A stretch of 64,000 nt of DNA. It comes from Phoronis australis (taxonomy: Eukaryota > Animalia > Phoronida). The translations under genes were made by a program, and so were the position numbers. This document shows, piece by piece, positions 52,384 to 63,900 of the stretch (positions are counted from its first letter, which is position 1; the number at the start of each line of letters is the position of its first letter). The notes below the pieces were generated by a model. It did no database searches. It was not told the DNA's origin and was given only the letters and a program-made list of their open reading frames with translations. The stretch lies in the NCBI GenBank assembly GCA_002633005.1, contig NMRA01000642.1:62001-126000 (forward strand). The letters are read 5' to 3'.

Positions 52384-52478
52384 ACGAGATTTTCAACTTC
52401 GACATGTTTGACTAAAACATTTTTGTCCTGATGATGATGTTTGAGACATCGAAACATGTCGAAAGTGAAAAATCTCGT
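52384..52478 (+). ncRNA. Hammerhead-ribozyme-like motif (type III topology)
   Basis: Stem III ttcgacatg/catgtcgaa; GUU site at 52406-52408; stem I gac/gtc; CUGAUGA at 52428-52434 plus one extra U; stem II gatgt/acatc; GAAA at 52451-52454. Confidence 0.6.
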
Positions 52479-54510
52479 ATTTTTATTGATATTAAATAGG
52501 TAAATATTGTTAACTTTTCCGCTCTTCTTCTGTGCAAGCTTATAGATTAGGTTCTGTTATTCATTGCGCAAGCATCTTATGGTGTGGGATTCCACAACAC
52601 GCTTGCACTTGGCGATTCCTAGTTTCAGCTACTACACTGTAACTCGAAAATTATCTCGACATTTCGAGTAAAAACACTCAGCCATGTGTTGAAGTGCATT
52701 TGACCAAAGAATGATAGACATTTATTTTGATCGTACAAGGACGTAGAAAGGAAAATGATTGAAAAAAATGAGTTAGATTTCGAGTTCAAAATAGACCCCA
52801 GGCCCTGAAAAAGTGACATTTGAAGCGTCGAAGCAAACTCAATACATCTACAAAATATCTGAATAAATATATTCCTGAATCTCGAATTTAAAAAAATTGA
52901 AACCAAGTCACTGTCTGCTTTATTAACTGAAACTCGTGACGAAATCAATGATTCAAAATTTGAAGATGTCATATACATGTACAAGTACGGTTCAAAATAT
53001 AAATTTATGTGTTATACTAGGTACACGATCTCCATGTTGTTCAAACGCAAAAGAAGCGGTATAGAGAGGGGGTTAGTTTCTGTTCCGATTTTGTTAAGCA
53101 CAGCCCTCGGCGACAGGTGTCTTCTAAGTATTGGTAGTAAAACAGTTGGTGTGCCGACCTACAGTCACGTACTACTCCCTGTTGCACAGAGCAACCAGCC
53201 GAGAACGACAGCGTTTATTCCGAAAACAAAACGAGTGCGCAAAATGGAATTTGTCAACCAGCTTCGTTTAATAGTTTCTAATTCAAGCTGCATGTTGATT
53301 TAATGGCCAGTGCAATAGTAATGAGAAGCTCATGCTCAAGCGACACTACCAGTTTCCCGGAAATCTGGGGTCGTTACGTCACGTGGTTTCCGCCACTTTC
53401 CATTAAAGCGGCTACAAACCTGAATCAAACTTCCGTCAAAAGTAAGTTTTGATTTAGATAACTTGTTGTTATGAAATTGGTCTCAAATTGTTCCTCCGAT
53501 TTCAAATAAGCGTGATTTTTCAACTTGGAAAGAGCTGATACATGTAGTTCGTTATTGCTTGGAACCAGGCTCTAATGATGATTAATAACGCCGTGTTATA
53601 TCATTGGCCGATTATGGTCTCCGGGAAAAACGAAGTGTCAGTGCTTTACCACACCAAAATCACCGCTCCTTTTCGTAAGGCGAAAGCTGAGATAAACTTA
53701 AAGCGTTAAGTGACCCAAACCAAAAGTTTCTTTCTTCGACAGAACGTTGAATTAGAGCCACTTTAACTATCTAGAAAACACCAAAATAAACAAAAAATCT
53801 ACCCCAAGAGTCTGTGAAAACAATTTAAATTGAATGAGATGCAAAACGTACACAGGCTTACGGGATCTTCGGAGTCAAAAGATGCACAATTTTACGTGTG
53901 TTAATGGCTAAGAATCAATCATGAAGTTAAATGGGGAAACTTACGAACTTTTGAAGGAAATGGCGAAACTCATGTGGAAGGACAACATTACTGACGGGTA
54001 GAAGGTCATTAACAAAGGGCGCATTGCGGCGCAGGGGGAGGGGGGTAGTGCCTTCCTAGATTCAGGCAGAACAAAACAAATTTGAAAAAAAGAACATTAG
54101 ATGGGAATCGGTGTTGTGAACAAAATTTAGATTGTGATTGAATGATTGTAAAGCTCCTTTGAAGCCTTTAAACATTCGCCAAGTTTACGGCAAGATACCG
54201 TGGAGCAATTTTACCAGTCTACACTAAATGGAAGTTGTCGGGAAAAAGTGATGTCCCTATTTAAAAACAAGAGAACAGTGACAATTTAATCTAATTTAAT
54301 TTCGAAGATGTATTACCGCATCAATGAAGAAAGCACGATCTTTGTAACTTAACGTGTTGCAGAAAAATTAATTTCCCATAGGTTTCTTATACAGTGACTC
54401 AATGTCCTTTCACTTCGTTAGTGTTAAAAGTAAACTTGGCTACGTTTAAGGTTTTTTGTTAGGCAACTTATAATTCTACCCAGACCATCTCACACTCGCA
54501 GCATAAATAC

Positions 54511-54699
54511 CTCGGCTACACCGTCGTGCCACGCCCCTCCGTTGGCAAAGATTAGTTTGCCATGGCGACCGGGCATTTCCTTCAGCGCCATCACTTCACT
54601 GTGGCCAACGACAACAACGTCTTCTGCGCATGTTTCCAGAAAATCGGAATAGTCTCCAAGGGCGTGTTTGAGCATGCCAAGAACGCGATCTTCACCAAA
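54511..54699 (-). CDS. Hydrolase-metallophosphoesterase gene, exon H (motif V)
   Basis: tttcag acceptor, phase 0; DVVVVGHSE and FANGGAW. Ends at a GAG|gtattt donor, or reads through to a stop at 54490; no terminal exon was identified. Confidence 0.8.
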
Positions 54700-55826
54700 C
54701 TGAAACATAAATATCACGGGAGGAAATTTTCTCAGTTTTTCTCTCTCCAGATAAGTTTCGTTTGGTCAGGGAAGACCCCGATGTTGGTACTACTGAAGGG
54801 TTAACGGATAAACTTCAGGAAGTTGCAATTTTACGTCTTAACTACATGTACATGTATATGTATTGATGATAAATAATGGCGAATTATATATTTACTGGCT
54901 GGGCGAAATTGCTTACTGACAACAAAGAGTGAATCTGGCAAGGGTTATTACGCGAAACGCGTGATCGTCATAAAATGACACGACTACTGTAGTTGGATAT
55001 TACGCCGCCTGCTTTGCATGTGAATTGTTACAATGTACAGATCATTAAGAACTAATGTGTCTCAGTGTGAGTCGATGCGCTTCGGTATATGAGACTCTGT
55101 ATATGAAAGGTCGTACTACGAAAGTAGGCTTCCGCGACAGTAAGAGACAAACCATTTGATGTCTTCAATCTGTCAACAGGGTTTTCTTTTATGCTTAAGA
55201 AAATTGCCCATTTAAGTGCACCAAGCTTTATATTGCACCGGAAGCTCATGATTTCTACATTGTCCACCTAAAGCCACCCACACATTACATAAAATCAACA
55301 AGTAAAACCAACCGTGGTTATAAACATTAAGAACATTCGAAATATATTTGAGAGCTTAAATGAAAATTAACCAGAGACACAAGAATGAAGCGCTCTTCCA
55401 GCAGTACCTGGTCATGAGATTGACCTTTAATGGAATGATAATATTAGGTAAAAACTTCGATGAGGTCAAGTTGCTAGTCCAAGTGCCTACAAGCTGGGTG
55501 ATAAGTAGAGTTCCCTCAATAGGAACATTGGGTCATTTAAACTCGACTGATACATGTAGCGTCCATACAGTACAAAGGTTAAGAAACTACATGTACCACT
55601 ATGCTACACGTACAACGACAACTCTATGCTCCAACTACAACTCTTCCAGGTTCAGGAAACAGTCAGCAGTGGTAACAATATGGGCAATAATAAATATAAA
55701 AGACTAAAGGAACACGGCATGTGGGAGAAAAGATTATATCCAGAATAAGGTACATGTAGTGTTAGAGCAAAAAGAAGGTCACTTGAAGAAATAGCAATGG
55801 AAGGGGTTACATGTACTTTTTCTTAC

Positions 55827-55942
55827 CTTCGCCACCATTCTGGAGACTAGTTTGTATTTGCACAGGTTCTTGAACGTTACGTAATCACCATTGTCATTTA
55901 GTAAGAACTTCTGATCAGGGTTAATCTTTTTCCCAAAAGGAA
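55827..55942 (-). CDS. Hydrolase-metallophosphoesterase gene, exon G
   Basis: ttttcag / AAG|gtaaga; 116 nt, phase 1-0; open frame PFGKKINPDQKFLLNDNGDYVTF. Confidence 0.75.
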
Positions 55943-56654
55943 CTGAAAACAAGTTTTATACCAAAATTCAGAAGAGTCTAAATTTCTTAAGCTGATTCAC
56001 GGTAGCAATATTTCCAGCCACCCCTGTCTGGACAAAAGCGAAAATGAGACCGGTATAAGGGGCAGCAGTGAACCGTTTTTCATCAAAAATGTGATTGCGA
56101 ATAGCGACAACCTAGATCCCCCAGTGTTAACTAATAATGCCCTCAAAAGCTTCTAAATTCATTTTGTATCAAGAATAATTCAAATGAACACATGACGTAA
56201 ATTTTAAGTTTACTTTTAGACTGTTATCCCAAATTTAATTTCTGTACTACCTCGGACATCTAAAAGATTCCTCACTAACTCTGCGGTACCATGGAATTTT
56301 AATATTTACAATTTTGAAATTCCAGCGGAAAACTTCAAGCCTTGACCTTTAGGCATCCTTTTTAGCTCACCTTCTCACATCTTTCCTTCTCCTGTTCATC
56401 CACGATACCTTGCGACATTTTTCCTTCCGGTATTTTTCTACAATACCTTCAAAATCTACCCTCCCTGTGTTATTCTGCCACACCTTCCAACACCTTTCTT
56501 TCCCGCGTTATTCGATAATACCGTCGAACCTCTTTCCTCCCCACGTTATTCCGATAACTTTCCTTCCAGGGCTATTCTACATTTAGATACAGGTATCTAC
56601 GTTTCCTTCTGTGTTCTGCAATTGCTTCCCACAACATTCCTTATTCTGTATTAC

Positions 56655-56840
56655 CTTCCATCACCTTTTCTGTTAGCAGATTTTGCAAGTAGTCGGTGCC
56701 GAGCAGCTTCACAACCAAACTACCGAAGACATCGAAGCCACACTTCTCCAGAATACCAGTTGCTCGCTGGACGTAGCTTGGCGTTTCATACTCAACAGTG
56801 GACGCCAATCGGGCCACGAAGTAGCCAAGGCACGTATCGC
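56655..56840 (-). CDS. Hydrolase-metallophosphoesterase gene, exon F
   Basis: catag / G|gtaata; 186 nt, phase 1-1; GDTCLGYFVARL. Confidence 0.75.
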
Positions 56841-57868
56841 CTATGTGTAAATATACATGCACATCCGAATAAAAAATGTGTATTTTAAAGCGCACCTTAG
56901 ATTTTGTCCTCCGGAACATGGTGGTTTATGCGCCAGTTAATGACCAAATGCAAGAACAATGCACGTAATTGATGACCACAGCAATGATTTTGATGTATAT
57001 TTATGTTTATTATACTGAAGCATTCCGAATTGCCGCATCATTAGGCCAATGGCGTCTGCGTAGATCTGCGCTTACATGCATAATATATGTCGCCAAAGAG
57101 GCGGATATAGGCCCATGGGCTTTAAGGCGCGGCAGTACGGTAATGCAAAACAGTTTAGAACACCCCAAGGAACTTCAGATTCGCGCAAAGCTTTGCGAGA
57201 AATCGCCATTTATTACAGACCAAGCGCATGATCCAGCGATCTTCAACCCTATTCGGGAATTTATGTGTTAACAGAACGCAACCCTGGAGCGCCTACTGTC
57301 AGACAAAGTTTTGCGCGAGCGTACAGTCCAGCATGATTTCGAAAAACTTTGCGTCATGCGAGAGTGAATGCGAGTGAATGGCAACTGTTTCTCGAGTACA
57401 CCTATCATAGAAACATAAATACTTGGCAGTGCAGGCCAGAGTGTTGTATGGTCGGATTGAATTAACGATTAGGGGAAAGTTATTTACTACATGTTTAAGC
57501 CACAGTCTTGCGCCCAACGAAATGCAGGCCTGTTGATGTGACTGGCAAGGCAGTTAATACCGGTGGAAACTTGCAAAATATCATCTTTTGACGTGACCAT
57601 GGTGTAGGAATACATAACCAGACATAACGTCTTAAACTTGTTAATGGTGTCCCATGTTTCACCAGGAATATTTTGCACTACCGTCCGACATTCTGCCATA
57701 CTAATTGTACATCTTCTTCTGAAAGTGTTCAGGAATACCTCCATAATGTTGACTGTGATAAAATTAAAACTAAGAGATGAAACAACACGTCAGGTGGCTC
57801 ACATCTCATTCGGCATCATTAGGTGAAATAATCTTGCAATACCAAACAGTTTAGTTAATCACACTTAC

Positions 57869-57964
57869 CCGGCAAAAGTCCACCTGGCTGGTCACGCAGA
57901 GCGAACGAGTTGAAGAGGTCCCAGTCATGACCGTGCTCAAAGCGAATTCTGTAGATCTCATCTT
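57869..57964 (-). CDS. Hydrolase-metallophosphoesterase gene, exon E (motif IV)
   Basis: ttgcag / G|gtaagt; 96 nt, phase 1-1; RIRFEHGHDWDLFN. Confidence 0.85.
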
Positions 57965-58690
57965 CTGCAAATTGTGTAAAATCTTTGGTTCAATCCCGTT
58001 CAGAAGCTTACACGAGATACATGCTGCTAAAACGTTTGAATTGAGATTGATATTCTCTTCGATAAACCAGTAACTACTAAGGAGCAAAGTCAGTCCTAAA
58101 GTCCTAATGCAAGCGCACAATAGTGATCTGATGGTCGCAATGGAGCGTGCAATACATATGTGAAGCTTGCACTGAGTATACGCAGACGACGCAATAGTGA
58201 TATGGAGCGTGAAACAGGTATACGGTAACAGCTAATAGCCACATGCATATGAAGTTCGCAACTGGATCGTGTATTACATCGGACTCAAAGTAAACTGTAA
58301 TTGCTGGTGCGCTACAGCAACTCAAATTCTCAGCGACGTTTGAAATTATCGGACAACAGTTCACAACAGTGACAAATGTGAGTAAGTGTGAATTCGACAA
58401 ATATATTATAAATGCTGAGACATTTGAACTTAACTAAACAAGTACAGCGCTACCACTGGTTTAAGTTAATAGTCACAGAGGGAAGCAAGAAAGCCACACT
58501 TAGATAGCGTCTCAGGCACACATAACCAGCTACAGTGTATACCTTTGCCTCGGCGGAATAATTAAAGGATATTCGCGTATAACCCGGTGGAGAGTCGTTT
58601 CTTAGGCACACTTTGAGTTCCAACAGTTCGTTTAATGGTTTAACTGACGCGCCCTCTTTGAGGTGATATGACCGTTCAGCGCATTCTTAC

Positions 58691-58903
58691 CTTCTTCAAT
58701 TTCCATTACAAGAATTCCTGGGACGAATTGAACGTTGTCACCGAGAAGGTCACGACAAGCTTCCTTCGTGAAGCTGTGGTCATGATTACCACGAATGAAA
58801 TAAACTTTCACGTCGTGATTGTCCGCCAAATTCCTCAACGCTTTAAATACCTCTGGAGAGCCCTCTATTTCACCGGACAGGAGTCTCTCCACTAGCTGCG
58901 ATG
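58691..58903 (-). CDS. Hydrolase-metallophosphoesterase gene, exon D (motif III)
   Basis: tttccag / G|gtaaga; 213 nt, phase 1-1; VYFIRGNHDH. Confidence 0.88.
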
Positions 58904-59108
58904 CTGGAAATACAGGACGGAGCTGAATGCTACTCTATTTATGCTGAGGCTTCTAATATACATTTGTATTCATAATGGTTTCTCGTTGAAACCTGAGACG
59001 TGTTTTTTTTCCGTTTGACAGCAGGAATAAATATAACAAACTTCACAATACTTCAATGAAAATGCCTCAAATTCACACCCAACCGTTGCAAAAAATTGTT
59101 TTACGTAC

Positions 59109-59362
59109 CTGTAGGTGGCGCCTCAATTACGGAGTAGTGCCACATTTCTACTATGTCGCCCAGTAAGACGAGGCTGTGGACTTCGAATGAAGCAGCTGTG
59201 AGCTTTTCAAGGAACGAAAGAAGCCGAGATGGGGTCCCTTTTGCAAAGTAAGCGGCGATATGCGTGTCGCTTATAGAATAGATATCTCTTTTACGTGAGT
59301 TTTCCATTCTTACCCGCTCAAAGTGAACCTCTTCTGAAGTCGACGGCTGGGGAGGTGTGTAC
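59109..59362 (-). CDS. Hydrolase-metallophosphoesterase gene, exon C' (motifs I-II)
   Basis: gaacag / G|gtacgt; 254 nt, phase 2-1; IYSISDTHI and LVLLGDIVEMW. Confidence 0.85.
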
Positions 59363-60316
59363 CTGTTCAAAATATACCCAAGCTTCACGTTGTTTTTTCT
59401 CATGGTACATTTAACCTACAAGTAGCATTTTCTCTACAGATATTTAAATCTGGGTCTGTATTGTCTATTTCAAGTCTGAATCTACTTTGCATGCAAATTC
59501 CTGGAACTTTGGACATTTTAGTGACAAAGTAGGAGTCTCAAATGACTTGTTATACCTATTTAATTCGTGAATTCCAGATGTTTGAGATTGACGTCACTAT
59601 AGTTCCGTGCTCATCTTCACAGTGGCTGATCATTTTTAATCCTTTGTTTTTGGTCATCCATTTAGAAACTAATTGACATTTTTTGTAAGAAAAGGTCGAG
59701 TGAACAATTCTTCGCCGACCCAGGATTACTTCTTTATCGTTATATCCGGCATCCTCAATCGTAGAGTCAGACTCGAAAATCGAACGCAGGTATTGTTGGC
59801 AAGTATAGCAGCGTGGAGCCTACATGTATTTCTACAGCTTTGCACCAAGGCTAGTTTAAACAAAACTAAGAACACCTGAATTTCGATACTGATTAAATCA
59901 AACGTTGCAAATTGGATTATAATATGGTGCACAATTTCATTGCTTATTGCCTTGTGAAATTAAAATGATTTCAATCACTTTACTTATAAGGCCTGTAGCC
60001 GGTGTGCAATAATTTGGTTGATTTTTGGAACACAAAGGATGGGGTTTCTGGAGACATGGATGAACTTTATGGGGGAAAACTTGAATACACAGTACTTGTG
60101 TCCTGAAAATAACTACGCTTGTGGTACGCATAATGGTGGTAGAAATGTATGTCGAGTTTTGTCATGGTGTCTTTGGTCCAATGTTCATTAGAAGCATACA
60201 TGTTTAAAACCGGGGTGCGACCTATCTGATTTCCAGTGTTGTCATTTATACACAGTTATGGATACAATTCGCAAACCCAAATTTTAATTGACCTAGCTCG
60301 GCACACTTGCACGCAC

Positions 60317-60539
60317 TTGTCAACTTCTGCATAATGCAGGCGTTTTTTCCAAACAACCACTTGTTCATCGGGAATTTCGTTCTTCAGCATAATAGCAGCT
60401 ATTTTTTGTTCAGTCGTAAGTTCCGCGCCTTCAAGGTCATCTGGTTCCTGTGCCTGATCACTTAATTCAATCTGAAAGTCGGGATGGTCGGATAACTCCT
60501 TTCTGCTTGCCTCGATGATGACGTCCCAAGCAAGCTTCT
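60317..60539 (-). CDS. Hydrolase-metallophosphoesterase gene, linker exon B'
   Basis: tttacag / AA|gtgcgt; 223 nt, phase 1-2; open frame KLAWDVIIEASRKEL. Confidence 0.7.
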
Positions 60540-61366
60540 CTGTAAAGACGTTACGAATGATTTTCGAATTCAGTAAAATAATTATGTTCCTATAAAAAAT
60601 TACGAATCCATCCTAATCCCCTTCAATTATCGGGAACGTGCAAACTTGGATGCAGCTGTTGTTCGAGGTCCCCGATTAATCAACATCCCAGTGTTTGTTA
60701 GGTAAACTTCCTTATTTGGAAAAAAGGTGAAAACACGGTTTTGCTTCCCTTTCGAGAGAAATAAGAAACAATAGCAGTGAATCTTGGCATTACACTTGCT
60801 CTTAGTTTCGGCACGTCTCGTCAGTCTTCGGGGTCTTACGGCTATGGCTTAGTCAAAAAAAACCCACAGGATTCTGGTGCTCCCGCACTCACTTTCAAAT
60901 TAATCAAATGTCTGTTTGTCTTGGACATTTGTGACAGAGTTCTTTAGACTGAGCATGTAACTTAAGTGGAGAAAAATCCACTTTCCGTCGCAAAAGCCAA
61001 TTTTCGATTTAGACTTCCCCGGTTATTAAATTGACTTTGTCATTTAGTCAAAATAATTATGCGACTTCCGGAATTGGAAAGAATTGCCAGTTCGTTCCAG
61101 CTTGAGGGCTACCAAGTTTTCTCACATCAGTGCCTCATTTCTTCGCAGAGCGAAGTTTCGAGGAATAACGAACCGTCAATTCTTTTTAAGGCCAAAAATA
61201 TATCAGTTTTAGAGTAGTACATGTACGTGGTCTAAAGCAAAATTTACTTTCTTCAACGGAACCACAGTTTATTGCTTTATGTGTTTACCTAGCTNAGGCT
61301 TCAAAATACTTTAATGAAAATGCCTCAAATTCACACCCAAACGCTGCAAAAAATTGTTTTACGTAC

Positions 61367-61620
61367 CTGTAGGTGGCGCCTCAATTACGGAGTAGTGCCA
61401 CATTTCTACGATGTCGCCCAGTAAGACGAGGCTGTGGACTTCGAATGAAGCAGCTGTGAGCTTTTCAAGGAACGAAAGAAGCCGAGCTGGGGTCCCTTTT
61501 GCAAAGTAAGCGGCGATATGCGTGTCGCTTAGAGAGTAGATAGCTCTTTTTCGTGAGTTTTCCATCCTTACCCGCTCAAAGTGAATCTCTTCGGAAGCCG
61601 ACGGCTGGGGAGGTGTGTAC
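61367..61620 (-). CDS. Hydrolase-metallophosphoesterase gene, exon C (duplicate of C')
   Basis: Same splice sites and length as C'; IYSLSDTHI and LLGDIVEMW. Confidence 0.75.
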
Positions 61621-62571
61621 CTGTTCAAAATATACCCAAGCTTCACGTTGTCTTTTCTAATGGTACAATTAAGCGACAAGTAGCATTTTCTCTACAGATA
61701 TTTACATCCGGGTCTGTATTGTCTTTTTAAGTCTGAATCTACTTTGCGTGGAAATTCCTGGATTTTTGGACGTTTCAGTGACAAAGTAGCAGTCTCAAAT
61801 GACTTGTTATACCTATTTAATCCGTGAATTCCAGATGTTTGAGATTGACGTCACGATATTTCATTGCTCATCCTCACAGTGGCTGATCATTTTTAATCCT
61901 TTGTTTTTGGTCATCCATTTAGAAACTAATTGACATTTTTTGTAAGGAAAGGTCGAGTGAACAATTCTTCGCCGACCCAGGACTACTTCTTTATCGTTAT
62001 ATCCGGCATCCTCAATCGTCGAGTCAGACTCGAAAATCGAACGCAGGTATTGTTGGCAAGTTTAGCAGCGTGAAGCCTACATCTACAGCTTTGCACCAAG
62101 GCTAGTTTAAACAAAACTAAGAACGCCCGAATTTCGATACTGATTAAATCAAACGTTGCAAATTGGATTATAATATGGTGTACAATTTCACTGTTTATTG
62201 CCTTGTGAAATTAAACTGATTTCAACCACTTTACTTACAAGGAAAGTACACCTGTAGCCGGTGTGCAATCATTTAGTTGATTTTTGGAACACAGAAGATG
62301 GGGTTTCTGGAGGCACGGATGAAATCTATGGGGAAAAACTTGAATACACAGTACCTGTGTCCTGAAAATAACTACGCTTGTGTTACGCATACTGGTGGTA
62401 GAAGTGTATGTTGAGTTTTGTCATGGTGTCTTTGGTCCAATGTTTATTAGAAGCATACATGTTTAATACCGGGGTGCGACCTATCTGATTTCCGGTGTTG
62501 GCAATTACAGTTATGGATACAATTCGCAAACCCAAATTTTAATTGATCTAGCTCGGCACACTTGCACGCAC

Positions 62572-62794
62572 TTGTCAACTTCTGCATAATGCAGGCGTTT
62601 TTTCCAAACAACCACTTGTTCATCGGGAATTTCGTTCTTCAGCATAATAGCAGCAATTTTTTGTTCAGTCGTAAGTTCCGCGCCTTCAAGGTCATTTGGT
62701 TCCTGTGCCTGATCACTTAATTCAATCTGAAAGTCGGGATGGTCGGATAACTCCTTTCTGCTTGCCTCGATGATGACGTCCCAAGCAAGCTTCT
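62572..62794 (-). CDS. Hydrolase-metallophosphoesterase gene, linker exon B
   Basis: Phase 1-2, 223 nt; joins exon A to exon C in frame. Confidence 0.75.
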
Positions 62795-63671
62795 CTGTAA
62801 AGACGTTACGAATGATTTTCGAATTCAGTAAAATAATTATGTTCCTATAAAAAATTACGAATCCATCCTAATCCCCTTCAATTATCGGGAACGTGCAAAC
62901 TTGGATGCAGCTGTTGTTCGAGGTCCCCGATTAATCAACATCCCAGTGTTTGTTAGGTAAACTTCCTTATTTGGAAAAAAGGTGAAAACACGGTTTTGCT
63001 TCCCTTTCGAGAGAAATAAGAAACAATAGCAGTGAATCTTGGCATTACACTTGCTCTTAGTTTCGGCACGTCTCGTCAGTCTTCGGGGTCTTACGGCTAT
63101 GGCTTAGTCAAAAAAAACCCACAGGATTCTGGTGCTCCCGCACTCACTTTCAAATTAATCAAATGTCTGTTTGTCTTGGACATTTGTGACAGAGTTCTTT
63201 AGACTGAGCATGTAACTTAAGTGGAGAAAAATCCACTTTCCGTCGCAAAAGCCAATTTTCGATTTAGACTTCCCCGGTTATTAAATTGACTTTGTCATTT
63301 AGTCAAAATAATTATGCGACTTCCGGAATTGGAAAGAATTGCCAGTTCGTTCCAGCTTGAGGGCTACCAAGTTTTCTCACATCAGTGCCTCATTTCTTCG
63401 CAGAGCGAAGTTTCGAGGAATAACGAACCGTCAATTCTTTTTAAGGCCAAAAATATATCAGTTTTAGAGTAGTACATGTACGTGGTCTAAAGCAAAATTT
63501 ACTTTCTTCAACGGAACCACAGTTTATTGCTTTATGTGTTTACCTAGCTAATGCTTAAGTCAAAGAATCTCATTTTGTGCACCTCCAAAAGAACTAAATC
63601 ATTCTACGCCTAAAAATAAGTAACGATTATCTGAACAATCAAATACTGCTAATTACAACATTCCTGATTAC

Positions 63672-63900
63672 CTGTCACAGCTTGATCTTTCAAAGCCTTA
63701 TTCACAGTCGCAAAGGCCTGTTTGTAAACACTAATGTCTGCGTGCGCATATTTGTCGAGGAAAGATACTATGATTGGATAAATTTCTTTGTTGGCGTTCT
63801 TTCCAATCAGGGGGTCCAAGTGTCCGTATCCTTCGAGCAAATGGAATTCAAACTGGTCTTTGTGTTCCGGATGTGCGGCTTGCACGAGATCATGCATCAC
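63672..63900 (-). CDS. Exon A: C-terminus of an alpha/beta-hydrolase (lipase-like) domain; the gene continues beyond the window
   Basis: ctgtag acceptor; FHLLEGYGHLDPLIGKNANKEIYPIIVSFL (catalytic-His region); ACAG|gtaatc phase-1 donor before the read-through stop. Confidence 0.8.

Larger units (their letters stand above)
59041..63549. repeat. About 2.26-kb tandem duplication (59041-61294 and 61296-63549) joined at a single N
   Basis: Offset 2255-2258; left halves show scattered substitutions and indels, right halves look identical; N at 61295. Confidence 0.95.

Noticed and set aside
51096-53420. Candidate terminal exons for the hydrolase-phosphoesterase gene, and the 162-aa plus-strand ORF
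   Set aside because: Several phase-0 acceptors exist but none has convincing coding evidence; left unassigned.
54490-63900. Bacterial contamination as the source of the LpxH-like motifs
   Set aside because: The motifs are split by phase-consistent spliceosomal introns and embedded in animal repeat-rich DNA.
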